64,000 nt of DNA, from the NCBI GenBank assembly GCA_029547225.1, contig JAKPPS010000028.1:12405-76404 (forward strand). The letters run 5' to 3'. A program made the translations under genes and the position numbers. A model generated the notes under the pieces. That model searched no databases. It had not been told where the DNA came from and was given only the letters and a program-made list of their open reading frames with translations. The DNA comes from a bacterium. Its GTDB lineage: Bacteria; Patescibacteriota; Dojkabacteria; SC72; WJKH01. Positions 1 through 14,844 of this stretch are shown here, one piece after another. How positions within the stretch are numbered: the first letter of the stretch is position 1; every line of letters starts with the position of its first letter.

Positions 1-1464
<1,464 letters not shown>

Positions 1465-1641
1465 CTAAGGAGTACTTAAAAAGGAGACGCTTTACCTGTC
1501 ACTTTACAGAAGTTAAGGAGAAATATTTGCTCTTTTAAATAATATTAAGGGTGGTACCTAAAAAAGTACATTTGCTAAGTACAAGAATATGATAACCAGT
1601 ACTTGGGCTACCTATTTTATCGAGGCATTGCATGAAGATAA

Positions 1642-1718
1642 GGGTGCATAGCTCAGTTGGTTAGAGCACAGTCCTGATAAGACTGAGGTCCCAGGTTCGA
1701 TCCTTGGTGCACCCACCA
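1642..1718 (+). tRNA. tRNA-Ile(GAU), CCA encoded
   Basis: Cloverleaf read by hand: acceptor GGGTGCA/TGCACCC, anticodon loop CTGATAA, T-loop TTCGATC. Lies in the 16S-23S spacer. Confidence 0.95.
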
Positions 1719-1830
1719 TTTTTCAAAATGGGCGGAGTGCTTACTTTATAGAAGGTAATTGTACGTTTGGCACCTTGAAAAATTATGGATTTGATTTGAG
1801 ACAGCTTTGTTAATGTATTTGTCTCTACGA

Positions 1831-1907
1831 GGGCCTGTAGTTCATCTGGCTAGAACGCCTCATTTGCAATGAGGAGGTAAGGGGTTCAAGTCCTCTCAGG
1901 TCCACCA
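1831..1907 (+). tRNA. tRNA-Ala(UGC), CCA encoded
   Basis: Acceptor GGGCCTG/CAGGTCC with the G3:U70 alanine identity pair. Anticodon loop TTTGCAA, T-loop TTCAAGT. Confidence 0.95.
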
Positions 1908-2085
1908 AAATTATTTAATATATTATTGATTAATTGAGTGAATTAATCATCACCCAAGTGTAAATTTGGATGATGGTATGTTCATTAAAATCATTAGGTA
2001 AGTATGAAATCCGCGTCACGGTTGCTTCATTTCAACCGGGGTAGGTCGGCGGTAATAAAGAAAGCCTATATGTATTGCACATTTA

Positions 2086-2107
2086 CAACTGAATAGAAAA
2101 TGATAGT
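2086..2107 (+). other. 5' half of the long-range stem flanking the 23S (putative RNase III processing stem)
   Basis: CAACTGAATAGAAAATGATAGT is complementary to ACTATCGTTCTATTCAGTTG at 5403-5422 (13 bp, a small bulge, then 6 bp). Confidence 0.7.
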
Positions 2108-2111
2108 CATT

Positions 2112-5400
<3,289 letters not shown>

Positions 5401-5402
5401 AT

Positions 5403-5422
5403 ACTATCGTTCTATTCAGTTG
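5403..5422 (+). other. 3' half of the 23S flanking processing stem
   Basis: Reverse complement of 2086-2107 apart from a 3-nt bulge. Confidence 0.7.
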
Positions 5423-5585
5423 CAAGTGAACTGCAAAGTTTGCTTGTAGCTCTTTATTATAAATATAAAGCTCAATTATCTTACTATTCAGAAATGGATG
5501 GTAAGGTAGCTGGGCAGAAGGCATCAAATTAAAGATTAATGGCTGTTGGCCTAGGATCACTTATTTTGTGTGATCTGATGCTTTC

Positions 5586-5705
5586 TGCCTGGCATTGGTA
5601 GCGGAGTGGCCCTACCTGATTCCATCCCGAACTCAGAAGTAAAACACTCTAGCGCCGAAAATACTTAAGTTGAAAGACTTTGGGAAGATAGGTAAGTGCC
5701 GGGGC
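5586..5705 (+). rRNA. rrf: 5S rRNA
   Basis: TGCCTGGC...CCCGAACTCAGAAGTAAAAC...GCCGGGGC. Length is ~120 nt and the two ends pair. Confidence 0.9.
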
Positions 5706-5717
5706 TTTGAATTTTAC

Positions 5718-5747
5718 AGGCTCGTAGAAATACGAGCCTTTTTTTTA
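5718..5747 (+). terminator. Intrinsic terminator of the rRNA operon
   Basis: AGGCTCGTA-GAAA-TACGAGCCT hairpin followed by a T8 run. Confidence 0.85.
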
Positions 5748-5865
5748 TTTTTCAATTTGTGAAAGTAGCTAGCTTATATTTGCTCAATGACCCCGCAAGA
5801 CTAGATTCATTGTAATAATTATCAATTTTTGTTATAATATACAATTAAATTGGTTAATAAGTTAT

Positions 5866-6738
5866 ATGTTGAAAATCGGTTTCATAGATAATATAAAAGA
5901 GCTATTTAAGGATAAACAGTTTTTTTATAAATATTTAGGTATAACAACCATTATCTCAATAATTTCTTATTTATTGGTTATTCTTGTATATGTACCTATT
6001 ATACCCATGGCTATCCTATCAGAAGAGGGGAATGTTGAGCAGTATACTCCGTTATTTATCGTATTGGGTATTATTGCAGCTGTTGTTTTTATTATCTTTA
6101 TTCTTGCAATCACAATATATTCTGTAAGTTATGTTTTTCAGTTTTTTCAGAATTTAAAGGATAAAGTGGTAAATCCTTTACCAAATCCATTTGTAAGCAA
6201 ATCAGCTTTGATTCAAGGAACAAATTTAATGATTGCTTCTACGATATATGGATTAATTACATTCATATTATTTGGTGTTCCAATGGGATTAATAATTTGG
6301 GTAATATCAACATATGCTGAGGAAGGTACAGCATTGATGATTCTAATGATTTGTATATCAGTTGTTTTGTATATAATATATTTTCTTTTTGCACTCTTCT
6401 TTTCTTCGATTATTTCGCCAGCTTTAATCTATCATATTAAAAGATATGGTCTTAAGGGTGGATTTATGATTGGTTCGATATGGAACATGGCAAAGAAATA
6501 TTTTAAAGACTTAGCATTGTCATTCTTAAAATATGCGGGACTAAGTTTGGCTGTTGGATTGATATTATCAACTGTAATGGTGGTATTCCAAGTGTTGATG
6601 TATATTCCTTTTGTAGGTATCATTGTGTCCTTTATTTATGCTGGAATAGCATTATTTATAAATATCCCAACTTTCCACTTAATGTTCTCATATTACAAGA
6701 CGATATATCCGATATTTGAAGTAATGGATAAAAGTTAA
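5866..6738 (+). CDS. Polytopic integral membrane protein, function unknown
   Basis: 290-aa ORF with at least 6 long hydrophobic segments. I recognise no catalytic motif. Confidence 0.6.
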   Translation: MLKIGFIDNIKELFKDKQFFYKYLGITTIISIISYLLVILVYVPIIPMAILSEEGNVEQYTPLFIVLGIIAAVVFIIFILAITIYSVSYVFQFFQNLKDKVVNPLPNPFVSKSALIQGTNLMIASTIYGLITFILFGVPMGLIIWVISTYAEEGTALMILMICISVVLYIIYFLFALFFSSIISPALIYHIKRYGLKGGFMIGSIWNMAKKYFKDLALSFLKYAGLSLAVGLILSTVMVVFQVLMYIPFVGIIVSFIYAGIALFINIPTFHLMFSYYKTIYPIFEVMDKS

Positions 6739-6853
6739 TTTTTTCGTTTTGGAAAGTGATAGTGCTTTTTTGCGTGTATGCGATTTTATAGCAATGGTAT
6801 GAGCTATTTCTGTGTAAGAGCTCGGATACATAAAATAATAGCAACGTATAATA

Positions 6854-7534
6854 ATGTCCTCCAAGTCTCAAATCAAAAAGAATGCTTATTTTGCTCTGGA
6901 GCAAGTCAATAAGATTTTCCCTGAAGCACAGACAGATCTGAAAAACTGGTCAACGTCTTTTCAATTTCTTGTTTGTATTATCCTCTCTGCACAGGCAACA
7001 GATAAGCAAGTTAATAAGGTTACTCAGAAGCTTTTTGAAATTGTACCTGACCCCAAAGCGTTTATTGAGTTTACGGGTGGAAGCACAGAAAATACTAAGG
7101 ATGTTGCAAGTATTATTAATTCGTTAAATTACTATAATAGTAAGGCTCGAAATATCGTCAAAATGGCTTATGATGTATTTTATCGTTTTGGTGGAGAAGT
7201 ACCTCGAGAGCTTACTGATCTGGTTTCGCTAGCTGGAGTTGGTTATAAGACTGCAAATGTTTTCCTTAGCCATCTCTACAAAGAGAATCAAGGTATTGCT
7301 GTTGACACACATGTTTCTAGAGTTTCAAAAAGACTAGGTTTTGCAGATGAAAAAGATACTCCGATCATTATTTCTCATAAACTCGAGGATATTTTTTCTA
7401 AGCAAGATTGGCATAAGATTAGTGGGCGATTTGTACTTTTTGGTCGTTATATTTGTAAAGCAAAGAAGCCAGAATGTAAAAATTGTCCAATTAATACTAT
7501 GTGTAGTTACTACAAGAATAATACTAACTTATAG
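6854..7534 (+). CDS. nth: Endonuclease III (DNA glycosylase/AP lyase)
   Basis: HhH-GPD signatures LVCIILSAQATDKQVN and LAGVGYKTANVFL. C-terminal 4Fe-4S cysteine cluster CKAKKPECKNCPINTMC. Confidence 0.9.
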   Translation: MSSKSQIKKNAYFALEQVNKIFPEAQTDLKNWSTSFQFLVCIILSAQATDKQVNKVTQKLFEIVPDPKAFIEFTGGSTENTKDVASIINSLNYYNSKARNIVKMAYDVFYRFGGEVPRELTDLVSLAGVGYKTANVFLSHLYKENQGIAVDTHVSRVSKRLGFADEKDTPIIISHKLEDIFSKQDWHKISGRFVLFGRYICKAKKPECKNCPINTMCSYYKNNTNL

Positions 7535-7684
7535 ACTTATTCGTTTGCAAAATTTGTGTAGTGGAGAACGGAATTTAGTATTTGTAGTATTCGTTTGAAC
7601 ATGATGGTAAGATCCTCTGTATTATTGTCAAATCGAGATTTTCGTAAATTCGGAAAGATATATTAATACTCGTGTAATTATCTA

Positions 7685-7713
7685 TTCAATTACTTTGCAA
7701 AGTATGATATAAT
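7685..7713 (+). promoter_or_regulatory. Candidate rpsA promoter with extended -10
   Basis: TTCAAT, 17-nt spacer, TATAAT, with TGA immediately upstream (TGATATAAT). The leader contains the hairpin CATCAGAT/ATCTGATG at 7744-7768. Confidence 0.45.
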
Positions 7714-7784
7714 ACACAATTAACGCAGTAATTTATTTTATGTCATCAGATATCTGCGAAATCTGATGTACAGGGAATATAAAT

Positions 7785-9227
7785 ATGCCTGTAAAAAGAG
7801 TTCAAATTGAAGAATCAGACAAGGCACTTTATACACAGTTTGACAATTTCCTCTCAGATAAGAACAAAGAAATCCGCAAGTTAAGCAGTGGTGATATTAT
7901 CGAAGGTACTATCGTCGATATTTTACCTAGCTCAATAGTTGTTGATGTCGGTTATAAATCTGAAGGTATTGTTGCTGATAAAGAGTTAAAGTCAGATCTA
8001 GTTGATGTCACTAAACTTAAAATCGGTGATAAAATTTTTGTATATGTAGTTAAGCCAGAGAATGATGAGGGAGGTCTTGTTCTTTCAATCAAACGAACAG
8101 AGCAAGCAAGTCAATGGATGAACCTCGAGAAATCAATGAGGGATAACCTCGTTGTAGAAGCTACAGTTATTGAAGCTAATAACGGTGGTGTTATCTGTGA
8201 TTTGGGTGGTGGTATCCGTGGATTTATCCCAACAATGCAACTTGATGCCGCAAGAGTATATGTTAATGGTACTCGTACAGTTGGTAAGGATATTTCTTCA
8301 AGAGTTCAAAGGAGATTAAGCTCACTTATCGGTGAGAAAATCAGTACTCGCATTGCAGAACTTAACAGAGAGAAAAATAAAATTATTCTTTCTGAAAAAA
8401 TGTTCTTGCAAGGTCGTGATCTTGAATCAAGAGAAGCTACATTACGAAAAGTTAAAGAGGGTGATGTACTACATGGAGAAGTTAGTGGTATTGCACCTTT
8501 CGGTATTTTTGTTAATGCAGCTGGTTTAGAAGGTTTAGTTCACCTTTCTGAGCTTTCTTGGGATAAGGTTGAGAAAATCGAAAATTTCTATACTATTGGT
8601 AGTAAGGTCGATGTTATGGTTATCGGCGTTTATGACGGTGGTAGAAGAATTGCTTACAGTGTTAAAAGATTACTTGAAGATCCATGGTCAAAAGCTATCT
8701 CCAAATTTAAAGTTGGTGATATCGTTGATGGCGTTGTTCAGAGAGTTGTCGATTTCGGTGCATTTGTAAGAATAGGTGATGGTTTAAATGGTTTAATCCA
8801 CATTTCAGAAATATCTGATAAACTTGTTAGAAATCCTAGAGATTTTGTACAAGAGGGTCAAGAGGTTAAGGTTCGCATTTTGTCGATCTCAGAAACTGAA
8901 AGACACCTTGGCTTAAGTCTAAAAGCTGTCGCTGAAGGTGATGATTTCAAACCTCGCAATACTTATAAACCTCGCAATAAGAAAGAAGAAGTTGAAGAAG
9001 TCGAAACAGTTGAAACTTCAAAAGAGGTTGTTGCAGAACCAGAAGTTGCAGAGGAAACTGAAGCAGAAAAAGTCGAAGTTGAGAGTCCAAAAGCAGATAC
9101 TCAAGATGAAAAGATTGAGGAACCAAAATCTGAAGCTAAAGCAGTAGCTGTAGTAGAAGATAAGGGTGAAGAATCCAAAGTTGATTTGGATACTGCACTT
9201 GCTGAAGAACTGGAGAGCGACAAGTAA
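7785..9227 (+). CDS. rpsA: 30S ribosomal protein S1 with an ~85-aa E/K-rich C-terminal tail
   Basis: Tandem S1/OB repeats: GDIIEGTIVDI, GDVLHGEVSGIAPFGIFV, GDIVDGVVQRVVDFGAFVRI. The tail is EEVEEVETVETSKEVVAEPEVAEETEAEK... Confidence 0.9.
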   Translation: MPVKRVQIEESDKALYTQFDNFLSDKNKEIRKLSSGDIIEGTIVDILPSSIVVDVGYKSEGIVADKELKSDLVDVTKLKIGDKIFVYVVKPENDEGGLVLSIKRTEQASQWMNLEKSMRDNLVVEATVIEANNGGVICDLGGGIRGFIPTMQLDAARVYVNGTRTVGKDISSRVQRRLSSLIGEKISTRIAELNREKNKIILSEKMFLQGRDLESREATLRKVKEGDVLHGEVSGIAPFGIFVNAAGLEGLVHLSELSWDKVEKIENFYTIGSKVDVMVIGVYDGGRRIAYSVKRLLEDPWSKAISKFKVGDIVDGVVQRVVDFGAFVRIGDGLNGLIHISEISDKLVRNPRDFVQEGQEVKVRILSISETERHLGLSLKAVAEGDDFKPRNTYKPRNKKEEVEEVETVETSKEVVAEPEVAEETEAEKVEVESPKADTQDEKIEEPKSEAKAVAVVEDKGEESKVDLDTALAEELESDK

Positions 9228-9249
9228 TTTGCTTTCAATGTGTTTGAAG

Positions 9250-9283
9250 AGGGGTGAGCTTTTGTTCACCCCTTTTTCTTTTT
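9250..9283 (+). terminator. Intrinsic terminator after rpsA
   Basis: GGGGTGA-GCTTTTGT-TCACCCC hairpin followed by TTTTTCTTTTT. Confidence 0.8.
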
Positions 9284-9331
9284 CACTTTTTGTCAGAAAT
9301 CTTAAACTAGGACTTGTTATATGTGTTATAA

Positions 9332-12300
9332 TTGAATATGGTTGTTGATAATAAAAAAATATATTCTAGATTGAGTTTAAGGGCAAAAAAAGTCCTCTCA
9401 AAAGCTGCTCAGCTTGCTAATAATGAGCCTGTAAAACCAGAGCATATACTTGTTTCAATACTGTTGGAGGTTGATTCACTCGCTGTGAGTGCCTTAAAGG
9501 TTGCTCGACATAATCCGATTACCTTGATTGTAATGCTTGGCTTTGGTTCATATTTGTCAGGTTTTATAACTCCGAATAATCCTGTCGTTACTGAGAGTCT
9601 AAATATAAAGGATGTGTCTCAAGAAGAAATTAAGGATAAAAGTATCAATTTGGGAGAAAGTGTTGGTAATACTCAGATAAATGCAAAAGATGGTTTAGAC
9701 CATTTGGCACAAATTTCTGACAAAGATGCTATCAATATAGGTGATGTTCAAAGTCGTGGTGATATCGGAAATACACAAAAAGGTGATCAGACTACGGATA
9801 ATCTTAAAGCGATTTTAGGCAATGATATTAATGATGATCAGAATAATCCTTTTGATATGCAAAGATTTAAAGAGATTGTTGATGGGATCAATGCAATAGA
9901 CAATTTGGGAGCAGATGATTTGAAATCGTTAAGTGAATTAGCTCAAGGTAGCGATAGTGCTAGTACAACACAATCAAGTGATCTTGATTTGCGCAATCAC
10001 CGTCTTGATATCACGGATAATGGAGCGAATGATATTGATAATAACAATAAGGATATGGGTGGAGATAATCAAAGTATCTCCAATAAGGATTTTCAAGATA
10101 TTCTAGATAGCCAACCTCCGGTTCCAAATTCTGATGTTAATCAAGTAGGTAATTTAGTAGGTGACATTGATTTTCTTGGTGATTTAGATAAATCGTTAAT
10201 TGGCGATAGCTTAAATAATTTTGATCTTTCTGATGACAGAAATATCTCAAGCGATAATAATCAGGATAAAGATGCGGAAGGTATTGGAAGGGAAGGTAGG
10301 AGTGTAAATGCGGGTAGTGTTAACGGGATTATATCCGCTGACGAATCTCTTCTTTTTGATCTTGATAACAATCTTGATCTTGAAAAACTCAACTTGACCA
10401 ATGAAAGTAAAATAATATTGAGTATCGCTTTCCAATTAGCGAGTAAACATGATTTAGTATATGTCGGTACAGAACACCTTATGCTTGCTGTCTTAACCCA
10501 AAAAGAATTACCAATCGTTAAAGAAATGGCAAAGCGTGGTCTTACACTTGAAACATATCTTAAAGCATTATCGAGTATTGCCAGCTATCCGATTGGATTA
10601 CTTGCAAAACCTGAAGGAGCTAATCAAATAAACTCACAAACACCAATGCTGTCGCAGATAGGGGTTGATCTTGTAGAAATGGCCTATAAGGGAAAGCTTG
10701 ATCCGCTTGTCGGTCGTCAAGAAGAGATAGATCAATTAATAAATATTTTAAGTAGGAGAAAAAAGAATAATCCTATCATAGTAGGTGAAGCTGGTGTCGG
10801 AAAAACAGTTCTTGTTGAGGGTTTAGCTCAAAGGATATCAGCCGGTCAAGTTCCAGGTTCACTTATCGGTATGCGTATTATTGCTTTAGATGTTACAAAT
10901 ATTATTGCTGGAAGTAAAATGCGTGGTGATGTCGAAGAAAAAGTAATGCAGATTGTCAATGAGGCTAAGAGGAATCGAGATATAATCTTATTTATCGATG
11001 AGATACATAATATCCTAAACACTTCTTTGCCTGGTGGTGGTATGGATATTGCAACAATACTTAAACCGGCTTTGGTTAGCGGAATGATTAAATGTATCGG
11101 AGCGACAACAAGCGAAGATTTTACAAGATATTTTGAAGAGGATGAGGCATTATTAAGGAGATTTCATCCTGTCTATATTGAAGAGCCAAGTATTACTCAT
11201 AGTATCGAGATTCTACAAAGAATAAAGCCGATATTGGAAGAACATCACATGGTAAAGATTTCCGATGATGCTGTTATAGCCTCTGTCAAATTATCGGATA
11301 GATATATTAGTGATAGGTATTTACCTGATAAAGCAATCGATCTGCTGGATGAGGCTACGGCTTCAAGAAGGTTAGAATCCGAAGTGAAATATGAAGGATT
11401 GGTTGACATGGAGCTTAAACTAAATGAGACGATACATAATAAAGAGCAGGCTGTAAGAAAGGGAGACTTAGAAAAAGCAAAAATCATGCGAGATCTTGAG
11501 AATAAAATTGTTATTGAGATTGAGAACTTGAATAAACGAAGACTGAACGAGCAATATGGTACAAAATTTACTGTTGGGGTTGATACAGTAAGAAAAATAA
11601 TAGCAAAGTGGACAGGTATACCAATAGAAACAATAGATCGTGACGAAACAAAGTCTTTACTTAATCTTGATAAGCTATTGAGTCAAAGTGTTATTGGGCA
11701 AGATGATGCAGTAAAATCTGTTGCAAATGCAATAAAGAGGGCTAGGGCCGGTATTTCTTCACCTGATAGACCTTGGGCGTCATTTATGTTTCTTGGTCCT
11801 ACAGGAGTGGGTAAAACAGAATTGGCTAAGGTATTAACGAAAGTATTATTTGGTGATGAGGATAGATTGATACAAGTTGATATGAGTGAACTTATGGAAA
11901 TGCATAGTGTGTCTAAACTTATCGGATCACCTCCAGGTTATGTCGGATATCGAGAAGGTGGTCAATTAACGGAAGCTGTAAAGAAAAATCCTCACAGTGT
12001 AATACTTTTCGACGAGATCGAGAAAGCTCATCCTGATGTATTAAACATACTTTTACAAGTTTTAGAGTATGGACACCTAAAAGATGGTAAAGGAAAGAGG
12101 ATTAATTTCAAGAATACGGTTATAATTATGACTTCTAATATAGGAGCAGAAGAGATTCGAAGAAATAAGATTGCCGGCTTTACAGATAATAGAGAAAGTG
12201 AACAGAGGGGTGATAAAGACATCGAGAAATCGTACGATAGTATGAAAGAAGGCCTAATGAAGCAATTAAAAGAATCACTACGTCCAGAGTTACTTAATCG

Positions 12301-12631
12301 ACTTGATGATATTGTGATATTTAGATCTTTAAATCGTAAAGACGCTAAAAAGATTGTAATACTATTGATAGATGATTTAAATAAACGGTTGATTGAGGAG
12401 AGGGTGAGTGTAGCACTTGATGAATCAGCTATTAAAAAGATAGTTAAAGAAGGTTTCAGTGAAGAATATGGAGCTCGTCCATTAAGGCGCTTAATCCAGG
12501 ATCAGGTCGAGACTATAGTTGCAGAATATATCTTGAAAAGAGGCCATCGTGACACTAATGATAAGTTAGAAAAAATAACAGTTCATTACGTAAAGGATAA
12601 CTATGTAATAAAAAAGGGTAGTCATAAATAA
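9332..12631 (+). CDS. clpC: ClpC-type AAA+ unfoldase (Clp ATPase) with a large insertion in the N-domain
   Basis: Two Clp_N repeats (aa ~12-70 and ~352-425). Walker A motifs GEAGVGKT and GPTGVGKTELAK. Short UVR-like middle domain (KGDLEKAKIMRDLENKI). Candidate ClpP-docking loop KIAGF. Confidence 0.85.
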   Translation: MNMVVDNKKIYSRLSLRAKKVLSKAAQLANNEPVKPEHILVSILLEVDSLAVSALKVARHNPITLIVMLGFGSYLSGFITPNNPVVTESLNIKDVSQEEIKDKSINLGESVGNTQINAKDGLDHLAQISDKDAINIGDVQSRGDIGNTQKGDQTTDNLKAILGNDINDDQNNPFDMQRFKEIVDGINAIDNLGADDLKSLSELAQGSDSASTTQSSDLDLRNHRLDITDNGANDIDNNNKDMGGDNQSISNKDFQDILDSQPPVPNSDVNQVGNLVGDIDFLGDLDKSLIGDSLNNFDLSDDRNISSDNNQDKDAEGIGREGRSVNAGSVNGIISADESLLFDLDNNLDLEKLNLTNESKIILSIAFQLASKHDLVYVGTEHLMLAVLTQKELPIVKEMAKRGLTLETYLKALSSIASYPIGLLAKPEGANQINSQTPMLSQIGVDLVEMAYKGKLDPLVGRQEEIDQLINILSRRKKNNPIIVGEAGVGKTVLVEGLAQRISAGQVPGSLIGMRIIALDVTNIIAGSKMRGDVEEKVMQIVNEAKRNRDIILFIDEIHNILNTSLPGGGMDIATILKPALVSGMIKCIGATTSEDFTRYFEEDEALLRRFHPVYIEEPSITHSIEILQRIKPILEEHHMVKISDDAVIASVKLSDRYISDRYLPDKAIDLLDEATASRRLESEVKYEGLVDMELKLNETIHNKEQAVRKGDLEKAKIMRDLENKIVIEIENLNKRRLNEQYGTKFTVGVDTVRKIIAKWTGIPIETIDRDETKSLLNLDKLLSQSVIGQDDAVKSVANAIKRARAGISSPDRPWASFMFLGPTGVGKTELAKVLTKVLFGDEDRLIQVDMSELMEMHSVSKLIGSPPGYVGYREGGQLTEAVKKNPHSVILFDEIEKAHPDVLNILLQVLEYGHLKDGKGKRINFKNTVIIMTSNIGAEEIRRNKIAGFTDNRESEQRGDKDIEKSYDSMKEGLMKQLKESLRPELLNRLDDIVIFRSLNRKDAKKIVILLIDDLNKRLIEERVSVALDESAIKKIVKEGFSEEYGARPLRRLIQDQVETIVAEYILKRGHRDTNDKLEKITVHYVKDNYVIKKGSHK

Positions 12632-12701
12632 TAATTGTATATAGATTTGGGGATTTCACATTCTTTTAAATGTACGAAAGTAAATAATTTGGTCCGATAA
12701 T

Positions 12702-14297
12702 ATGATGAAGTATATATGTGCTAATTGTAATGGAGAATTTCTTGGTTGGTCTGGAAAATGCCCCAATTGTGGTCAATGGGGTACTTTGGAAGAGTATGAG
12801 GATGAAAAGGAAATCGCAAAATCAGGTAGTTCAATATATGGGAGAATAGGTTCTCGAAAAAGCAAAAAAACTGGAGTCGATGAAAGCAAGGTTCAAAATT
12901 ACTCAACATTGATAAATAAAATCCGAGAAAATGAAAGAAATAATCAGCTGTTAATGAAAGGTAAAAACGGCTCCAAATTCTCAAACAAGCAAAATTCAAA
13001 AAGTGGTGAATCGTTGTTTGGTTCAAGAATGAGCTCTGGGTATGAGGAATTCGATAGAGTTTTAGGCGGAGGATTTGTAGGTGGTGAAGTTTTGCTGTTA
13101 AGTGGTGAGCCTGGTGTAGGTAAATCGACTTTACTTCTGCAAGTTGCACTTAAGCAAGCAAACTGTGGGAAGGTACTTTATGTGTCTTGTGAGGAATCAA
13201 TCGTCCAGTTATCTCAACGTATAGAAAGGGTTGTTGTCGGCATAGAAAACGGCACTGTAAATTCCGAAGGTAAAGTTGAGGTAAAATCTGCTAATTTACC
13301 TTCCAAGGTGAATATCTCAAAGTCGGAGAATAATGAATCATATGTTGAAGAAGATGAAGGTAATGTGGCGATTAAATCTGTAAGTAAGAGGTCATCAAAA
13401 GGTGCACTTTATAGAGATAATCTATATATCACTGAAGCATCAGATATCGACGAAATTGTGGATCTGATAGAAAGCCTAAGTCCAACACTTGTGATAGTTG
13501 ACTCGATACAAGCTGTGACTTCGTCTCAATCGAGGGGTTTTCCGGGAAGTATGTCTCAGGTCAGGATCTGTGGTTCGGTGCTTACAAAAGTTGCTAAGGC
13601 AAATGATATTCCTGTGGTCATGGTTGGTCAGATAAATAAGGAGGGTTTTATTGCAGGACCAAAAATACTTGAACATATGGTTGACTGTGTGATCTATATT
13701 GAAGGTGAGGAATTTAATATCTTCCGTATTGTAAGGGGTATCAAGAATCGCTTTGGTGCGACAAATGAGATCGGTGTATTTGAGATGAGTAATTTAGGTA
13801 TGAAAGAAGTATCCAATCCTTCTCAAGTATTTCTTGAGGGCGGAGATCATGTCCCTGGTTGTGCTATCGGAGCAGTAATAAAAGGTAGTAGGGTAGTATT
13901 TGTTGAGGTTCAAGCGCTTACGGTAGATAGGGATATGTCGGGAGGTCCATTGCGTCGAGTAGCTAATGGGATAAAAAAGCCTAGGTTAGATATGCTTTGT
14001 GCTGTTTTATCTCGCAGAGGAAAGATATTTCTTGGAGATAAAGACGTGTTCGTAAATATCGTCGGAGGACTTAACTTGGATGATCCGGTGATAGATTTGG
14101 CTGTCTGTGCTGCGATAAAGTCTGTAGTCAAGGATAAACCAATAGATCGTAAAACTATCTTTGTTGGAGAGGTGGGATTGTCTGGAGAGATAAGGTCTTT
14201 TATGGGTTATGACGCAGTGAAAAAAGAGGCGACAAGATTGGGATATGAAAAGATAGTATCAAGAGCTTCTGGCGATAAGAGGATCTCAGATATCTAA
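12702..14297 (+). CDS. radA: DNA repair protein RadA/Sms
   Basis: N-terminal zinc ribbon CANCNGEFLGWSGKCPNCGQW, Walker A GEPGVGKST, KNRFG motif, and a Lon-protease-like C-terminal domain. Two low-complexity insertions. Confidence 0.9.
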   Translation: MMKYICANCNGEFLGWSGKCPNCGQWGTLEEYEDEKEIAKSGSSIYGRIGSRKSKKTGVDESKVQNYSTLINKIRENERNNQLLMKGKNGSKFSNKQNSKSGESLFGSRMSSGYEEFDRVLGGGFVGGEVLLLSGEPGVGKSTLLLQVALKQANCGKVLYVSCEESIVQLSQRIERVVVGIENGTVNSEGKVEVKSANLPSKVNISKSENNESYVEEDEGNVAIKSVSKRSSKGALYRDNLYITEASDIDEIVDLIESLSPTLVIVDSIQAVTSSQSRGFPGSMSQVRICGSVLTKVAKANDIPVVMVGQINKEGFIAGPKILEHMVDCVIYIEGEEFNIFRIVRGIKNRFGATNEIGVFEMSNLGMKEVSNPSQVFLEGGDHVPGCAIGAVIKGSRVVFVEVQALTVDRDMSGGPLRRVANGIKKPRLDMLCAVLSRRGKIFLGDKDVFVNIVGGLNLDDPVIDLAVCAAIKSVVKDKPIDRKTIFVGEVGLSGEIRSFMGYDAVKKEATRLGYEKIVSRASGDKRISDI

Positions 14298-14844
14298 GAA
14301 AAGTATTAACTGGCTAATTCGCATTCGTTATTGTATTTTTTTCCTAAACTAGCTTTGCTGGTATTAATCGACTAAATTTCCATATATTTTATGTAACCAA
14401 GGGCTATCATTCTGCCTGAACCGTCACCATTACAATCCAAGCGCTTTGCCATACAAGTACCGCCTTCACGTTAAAAAAATAAAGTTACGATGGAAGGGTT
14501 TTACTTGAGTAAGACAAATTAATTTTATTGGTCTTGCGATACATAGTGAAATGTATTTAGTTAGGGTAAATCGCTTAATTGATTTATAAGTATTTCGAGG
14601 TTTCTAGCTTTACTAAATATCCGAGAGATACCGTCTTACCAACGTAGAAGAGCAATCGTAACATTGTGTCCATGTTACTTATCCACACCAATCGTAACAG
14701 CGAGGTTCTGTTTAATGGGAAACATAACAAACGTATTTGGTAAGTCGTATGATGTTGTTGTAAACTGTTGGTGTGTGGGGAAATAGGTGACCAGGAAGTC
14801 ATTCTCCACATATAACCCTAATATGTTGATAATAGATATGGGGC

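Noticed and set aside
14584-14811. 75-aa minus-strand ORF in the radA-rho gap.
   Set aside because: It has an unusual W/H/C-rich composition, no start context or partner genes, and it overlaps the repeat and hairpin structures. It is more likely non-coding.
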